Assembly (NCBI RefSeq): GCF_009914755.1
Contig: NC_060937.1
DNA length: 64,000 nt
Strand: one strand, 5' to 3'
DNA from: the human T2T-CHM13v2.0 reference genome, Homo sapiens
The notes under the pieces were generated by a model, which saw only the letters and a program-made list of their open reading frames with translations, was not told the DNA's origin and ran no database searches. This document shows, in pieces, positions 58,601 to 64,000 of this stretch; within the stretch, counting starts at the first letter, position 1; each line of letters opens with the position of its first letter. The position numbers and the translations under genes were made by a program.

Positions 58601-59838
58601 TCTTAAAATAGCTTCCCGTTCTTATAGTAAAAATGCGGCATATCCAGAGTGTGTTCTTATAATCAGCTTTTTATATGAGCTACATATATGAAGTAGAAAT
58701 GCATATGCCCCTGAAATGGGGAAATCCATCTCTAATAAAGCTCAGCATGAAAATACTTTAATGAAGTTTTATTTTATTTCCCACAAAGATAAAACACAAT
58801 GTATGAAAATCAGTCAGTCTTCTGAGATGCAAACACATTGCACTTAATTTGCATACGAAAACAATCATTTCAAGAAATTTATCTATGAATACAAGACAGG
58901 AAACACGCATTTGTGGGTGAAAAAGTACAAACCTTAATCCCATTATTTTGAATGCAGACTGTCAAAAGCGATCTCAAACAATGTAGTGGAGTAAATACGG
59001 GTGTATATAAGACAAGAAAACACCGAATATTTAGAAGAAGGTTAATTTTGTGTTTATGGGCAAATGAGGCTATGGTTAATTTAAGAACATACAATTCTCT
59101 GTAATTTAGTTTCTAAGTTGTAAATGTAGAGAAACCTTTAAAAAATACACCTGAATAGCAAATATTACCTTGGTCAATATCTTTGTATATGTATATGTAT
59201 GTGTTAGAATTAAAAATCTCTAGTAATACTCAGAGGTCAAGAAAATCTATAATTTTTCAATTCAAATTTACCCTAAGCTATTGATAAACCAATACTTAAG
59301 GGAAAATACTATAATTTTCACATAGTATGTGATCAGTAAATATTTGTTACATAAATGTTCTCAATAAAATAAGATTTATCTATAACATATACTAAATGCT
59401 CCAACATTGGACTTATATGAAAGGACAATTTAATTAGCCTTAATTATCAAGGACAGTGCAATCTGCCTGGCATTTGGTCATTTGCCCAGTGGTCTGTTGA
59501 ACTCAGGTACATGACCTCAGTTGGGGGATTTCTTCACAGAACCATCTGTTTCTGATTTTTTCCAGCTTTTTCTGCCCCTTGTGCTCAATTTGCTTTAATA
59601 TTTCTGCTTGGTTTATGTACTTAAGGTCATTTTAGACAAAATTGTGAAGCAGATAATGTCTCTCCTTGGTATCCTCCCATATCCCCTTTTAATCTCCCTG
59701 AAACCTTGTAGAAGTTCTATGGCCTGTTTCCAAGGTATTCATATTCTGTGCAAAGTCTTAATCCACAGCAGACTGTCCAAAACTTGGCACATTTAACAGT
59801 CCCCCAACCTCCAGAAATGCAGCTTCAGCAGTCGACTA

Positions 59839-59920
59839 TTAGGTTGATGCAAAAGTAATTGCAATTTTACCTTTCTTTACTTTTAATGGGAAAACCGCAA
59901 TTACTTTTGCACCAACCTAA
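59839..59920. mobile_element. MADE1 (Hsmar1-derived MITE)
   Basis: ttaggttgatgcaaaagtaattgc...gcaattacttttgcaccaacctaa palindrome; TA TSD on both sides. Confidence 0.96.
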
Positions 59921-61293
59921 TATTAAGTCAGCATTCTTACTTGCTAGCAACAGATATCCAACATGGCTGTTCTAAGCAAAAAGAAAGTTCAGTGGAAGGA
60001 TACTGACTGAGAGGTCAAATAATTCATGAGGACCTGGGAGGAGTTGCGTTTTGAGATTGAAAAAAGAGGCAACGGGGTAGCTACAGAGCCTAGGCAAAAA
60101 CTCACAATTGGAGTAAATAAGTCTAGGATAATTCTAACATAAGCACTTTACACATTTTATCTGAAATTCGATTGTCAGGAAGCCATTACATAATGGTGCT
60201 GGAAAAGGCCATCATGAAAAACTTTCTATCTTGCCACTTTAGTTGGTAAGTCTACTTGTTTATTACAAGACATACGTCATGATAGTTATATGAAGGAACA
60301 GAAATTGGAACTCTCATAAGGGAATTATCTATAAAATTATCTGTGACAGAGTCTTTCTCTGAGTCTGATTTGAGATAAAGCCAAGCTTGCTTCTCAAGTG
60401 TCATGTGATCAATATAACTTCCAAAGAGATTTTAAGTTATTTTTGACTACATAACTCACATAATTCAAGGTTCCATGGTCAGTAATAAAAAGGTAGGAAA
60501 AACTGGCGGTATTATTGTTTAATTCCTCTTTTGGGACCAGCAAAAAATAACTGGTAACAATAGAGAATTTACAGTAAAAAGGCATATGACCAAAAAAAAC
60601 AATTGAACAAATTATCCTTATAGGTACAATTCTTTGATTGATTCTTGATTCTTCAATTGAAAAATTGTCCCTGCAGCTCAGATTTCTCAATTGTAATAAA
60701 ACCTGTGGGACAAATGCAAATTTAATCGTTGTAGTGGTTTAATTTTGAGGCAATTTTTATTTCATTTCGATCAATAGACATTTATTTCAAGATACACTGC
60801 AGCCTATTATTGTGAATACTTCAAACCTACTCTGATTTCATCCATCTGGTATAATAACATTCAGTCTCCTCTTGGTTTCAAAGATGTTCAAGTCGGCCAT
60901 AATAACCGACTTCCATTTTGTGTCATCTCTTGGCATGCACACCCAAAATATTGAATGCTATTGAGAGTGATGGCATACCCAAAACACTGAATGCTAACAA
61001 GATGAAATGAAAAATGCAGTGCAAAGCCATGAGAGGAGTGTGTCATGATATGTTGGATTCATATTTGGCCAAATTTGTGTGATCTGATTGACTTGGAAAT
61101 AATGCTTCCAATTCTCTTTTACTTCATATATCAGAACAATTTCCTGTTAACTAATATGATGTTCTGACTTTTTATTTTAGTATGTTTTAGTACAAATATC
61201 CAGGAACAAATTATTCAATTAAATACATCTGACAGACAAGTTTTTCAATTGATTTAAAAAAAAAAGAAATAAATATAAATTAGGTATGTGATT

Positions 61294-61717
61294 TGTATTG
61301 GTTTTCTAGGGCTGCCTACATCTTAGCATAATAGAAAGTATAAAAGACTGGGAAGCTTAAAAAACTGAAATTTATTTTCTGACACTTCTGGAGACTACAA
61401 GTCAGAGATCAAGGTGCTGACAGGGTTGGTTCCTTCTGAGGGTCATAAAGGAAGTATTTGTTCCCAGCTTCTTCTCTTGGCTTAAAGATGGCCATCGTCT
61501 CCCTGTGTCTTCCTACTTTCTTCCCATTGTGCATGTTTGTGTTCAGATTTCCTATTCTTATAAAGACACCACTCATATTGAATTAGAGCCCACTCTACTG
61601 AACTTATTTTAAAATCATTTCCTCTGTAAAGACTTTATCTCCAAATACATCCTGAGATACTGGGGATGAGGACTTTAACATATGAATTTTGGAGGGGAAA
61701 CAATTAAGAACATAATA
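61294..61717 (-). mobile_element. MaLR solo LTR (MLT1B/C-like)
   Basis: tgtattggttttctagggctgcc..catatgaattttggagggg..cataata; near-TSD tgatt/tgagt. Confidence 0.88.
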
Positions 61718-62619
61718 TGAGTATATACATTTAAATGAGTTTTTAAAAACATTTGTGGGAATATACATGTACATGCATATATGTATATATGTGGTACATG
61801 TGTGTGCGTACACATCAACAGAAAAAGAATAACAGAAATGCATCTACAGGCATTTCTGCTGATATGCCATATATGTTTCTGAGAAATCATTGTACAAAAT
61901 TACATGCTAGAAGTAATGGTATATATGGAAAAATCAGAGAAAGGTCCAGTCTGCTTAAATGCTATGAAATCCTGTAATTAAAGCACCAAAGAAACAATAG
62001 CACACTAATTAAAAAAAAAAAGTTAAATGTTTCCTGGCATTTTATCTAGCATTATAGTGAGTAGATCCCTTGCAGTCTTGAAAATTGAAATCTTATCTCC
62101 TTTGAAATAAAAATCCTGAAACACATTCACTTTTTTTAATACAGGGATACATCTTTATAATTTTTTTCCTTAGCATTTTTAGCTTTCCCAGACTTCTTAA
62201 TATGAAAGTATAGTATTTTTGAAACCTTAATACCAATCACTACTTCTATAAAAGTGAAACAGTTCTTTATGATTTTCAACTTTTTAATCAGTTGTCCTGA
62301 TATTGTTAAGCCTTTGACAACTGTGATAAACTCTATAAAAAAAACAAACAAGAAACTTTGTTCCTGATATCTTTAAAACATTAGTGTGCTAGAAAATTTG
62401 GAGGCATGAGCAAATAAGACTTCCTCTGTATACCATCCTATTACTTCCTTTTATTAACTAGATCACTTCTGAGTTTCAACTATAAAACAAAAACAAACAA
62501 AAAACATGACTTATAGCAGAAAAGACAAAACTTCAAGACGTTAAGAATGTTTGTGGAGGGAACTTACAGGTTTTTCCCTTCAGCACCTTTTTCTAAGTTC
62601 TTTTCCTCTAAGTACACTG

Positions 62620-63042
62620 TTACCATCAGCCTCTCCAAGTAAGAACAGTACCGTGACACTGACTTAGATACAGACAATTGTTCCAACTATGTGCATTTGA
62701 AATCTAAAACAGTTCAGCCCCCATTCTTGGCATTGTTGGATTTGATGCAATCATTTATTTCTTGTGACTGAATCTAAAAAGTAATGTTTCCAGCTCTGTG
62801 AATCACAGAAGAGTTTGTCCAGTTACAGGAGGGGACACAGACTGAAGCCATGTGAGGAAAGGAGGATGAAAGATAGGGAGAGGCCTCTTTGCATTTGAGT
62901 GTCTGACTTCGACTGTTGCTGAGTTCCTGCATTTTCTGACTTTCTTGCTGTAAAACCCTAACAATTTTCACATATTTTTTTCTGTGCTTATGCTGATTCA
63001 GATCATATATCTGTCACCTGTAAGTAAAACAATTCTAACAGA
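62620..63042 (+). mobile_element. Old ERVL/MaLR LTR remnant
   Basis: 3' end tctgtcacctgtaagtaaaacaattctaaca; boundaries uncertain. Confidence 0.4.
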
Positions 63043-63149
63043 TATGTGTAAAGTCTGGGTAATGAGATTATGTGTGACTTTGATTTGCCTCATTATACTG
63101 TACTTTCCAAATTCTAAAATAAACCTCCTTTTTTGTATGTGGACAAAAC

Positions 63150-63257
63150 CATTGCTGCTATGAAGAAATACCAAAAACTGAGTAATTTATAAAGAAAAGA
63201 GGCTTAATTGACTCACAGTTCCTTATGGCTGGGGAGGCCTCAGGAGACAATCATGCT
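63150..63257 (-). mobile_element. THE1/MST LTR fragment
   Basis: gtaatttataaagaaaagagg..gactcacagttcc..ggctggggaggcctcagga. Confidence 0.85.
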
Positions 63258-64000
63258 TATTTTTGAAAACTTTTTTTACAACAGTAAATAAGATGCAGTG
63301 ACCAAAAATGGATATTTTAAAGGAAATGTAATATTTTGTTCAAAACAGGGACAAAGTTTTCCAGTATCCATAAAGATATATTGTTGCCTTAACTGGGCTT
63401 CATGTTTAAGAGAAGGTTAAAGTAGGGTGACTGTTCACTTTAATCTTAGATAAAATTCCTCTCATATTTTGATTAAGTATAGATCTTTCTTTTTTAACTT
63501 AAAGGCCAGTTTGATAGTAATCAAGTATAAATATTAATGACATTTCTAATGTCTTAACATCTATATCCTTATTCTAACTCAGATTCTATAAAATAATTGA
63601 GGGCTTTTAACTAAAGCCTTGATTTTTATACCTAAGGCTATTTGTCACATCAATTCTTATACTGTTTATATAATCATGGTATTTTACTTACTGATCTATA
63701 CATTATTTGAAGGCAAAAGCTGGATAAACCTCATATTTATATGTAGTTCAGTGTCTTACCCATTTTTATGTTAAACATTGTGGAATCAACGAGATTTGAA
63801 GTTATTTTCTAGAAGGGATCTGTTATTTTATTATGTATCCAACACATATTACCAATACAGTATATATGATTACTAAACCTCTTAGCTGTTCACCCCTTTA
63901 CTTTTCTCTTAAAATATGATATTCAAGGCAAAATACAAAAACAGAAAAAAATACAAGTAAAATTTTTCCTCACTTATTAACTTATCACTAGTCACGAGCC

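Noticed and set aside
58760-59060. CpG-retaining segment with splice-like sites on both strands
   Set aside because: Implied introns are under 50 nt and no consistent frame emerges

Overview
AT-rich, repeat-dense primate genomic DNA, probably great ape or human (AluY and L1PA2-type insertions). It holds no prokaryotic features and no intact, recognisable protein-coding gene. More than half of the window is interspersed repeat: three large nested L1 complexes (L1MA with L1PA2, L1PA15/16 with L1PA10-12, L1PB1 with LTR15), older L1M/HAL1 and L2, about 12 Alu/FLAM copies, solo LTRs (LTR7, MLT2A x2, MSTC, MLT1), Tigger/hAT MITEs and a MADE1. A decayed RPL31 processed pseudogene lies at about 1.9-2.3 kb. 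Most supplied ORFs are Alu/L1 artefacts. The most interesting non-repeat signal is a chain of small GT-AG-bounded candidate exons on the minus strand (33496 to 14360). They can be spliced into a stop-free frame of about 158 codons that I cannot assign to a family, so this may be an unannotated or decaying multi-exon gene. One of its micro-exons has a duplicate with a dead donor. Other notable structures are a fold-back hairpin with ~75-bp arms, an old L1 twin-priming inversion, microhomology-bounded L1 deletions and a TSD-flanked Alu left monomer. Repeat subfamily names come from my recollection of consensus sequences, not from a RepeatMasker run.
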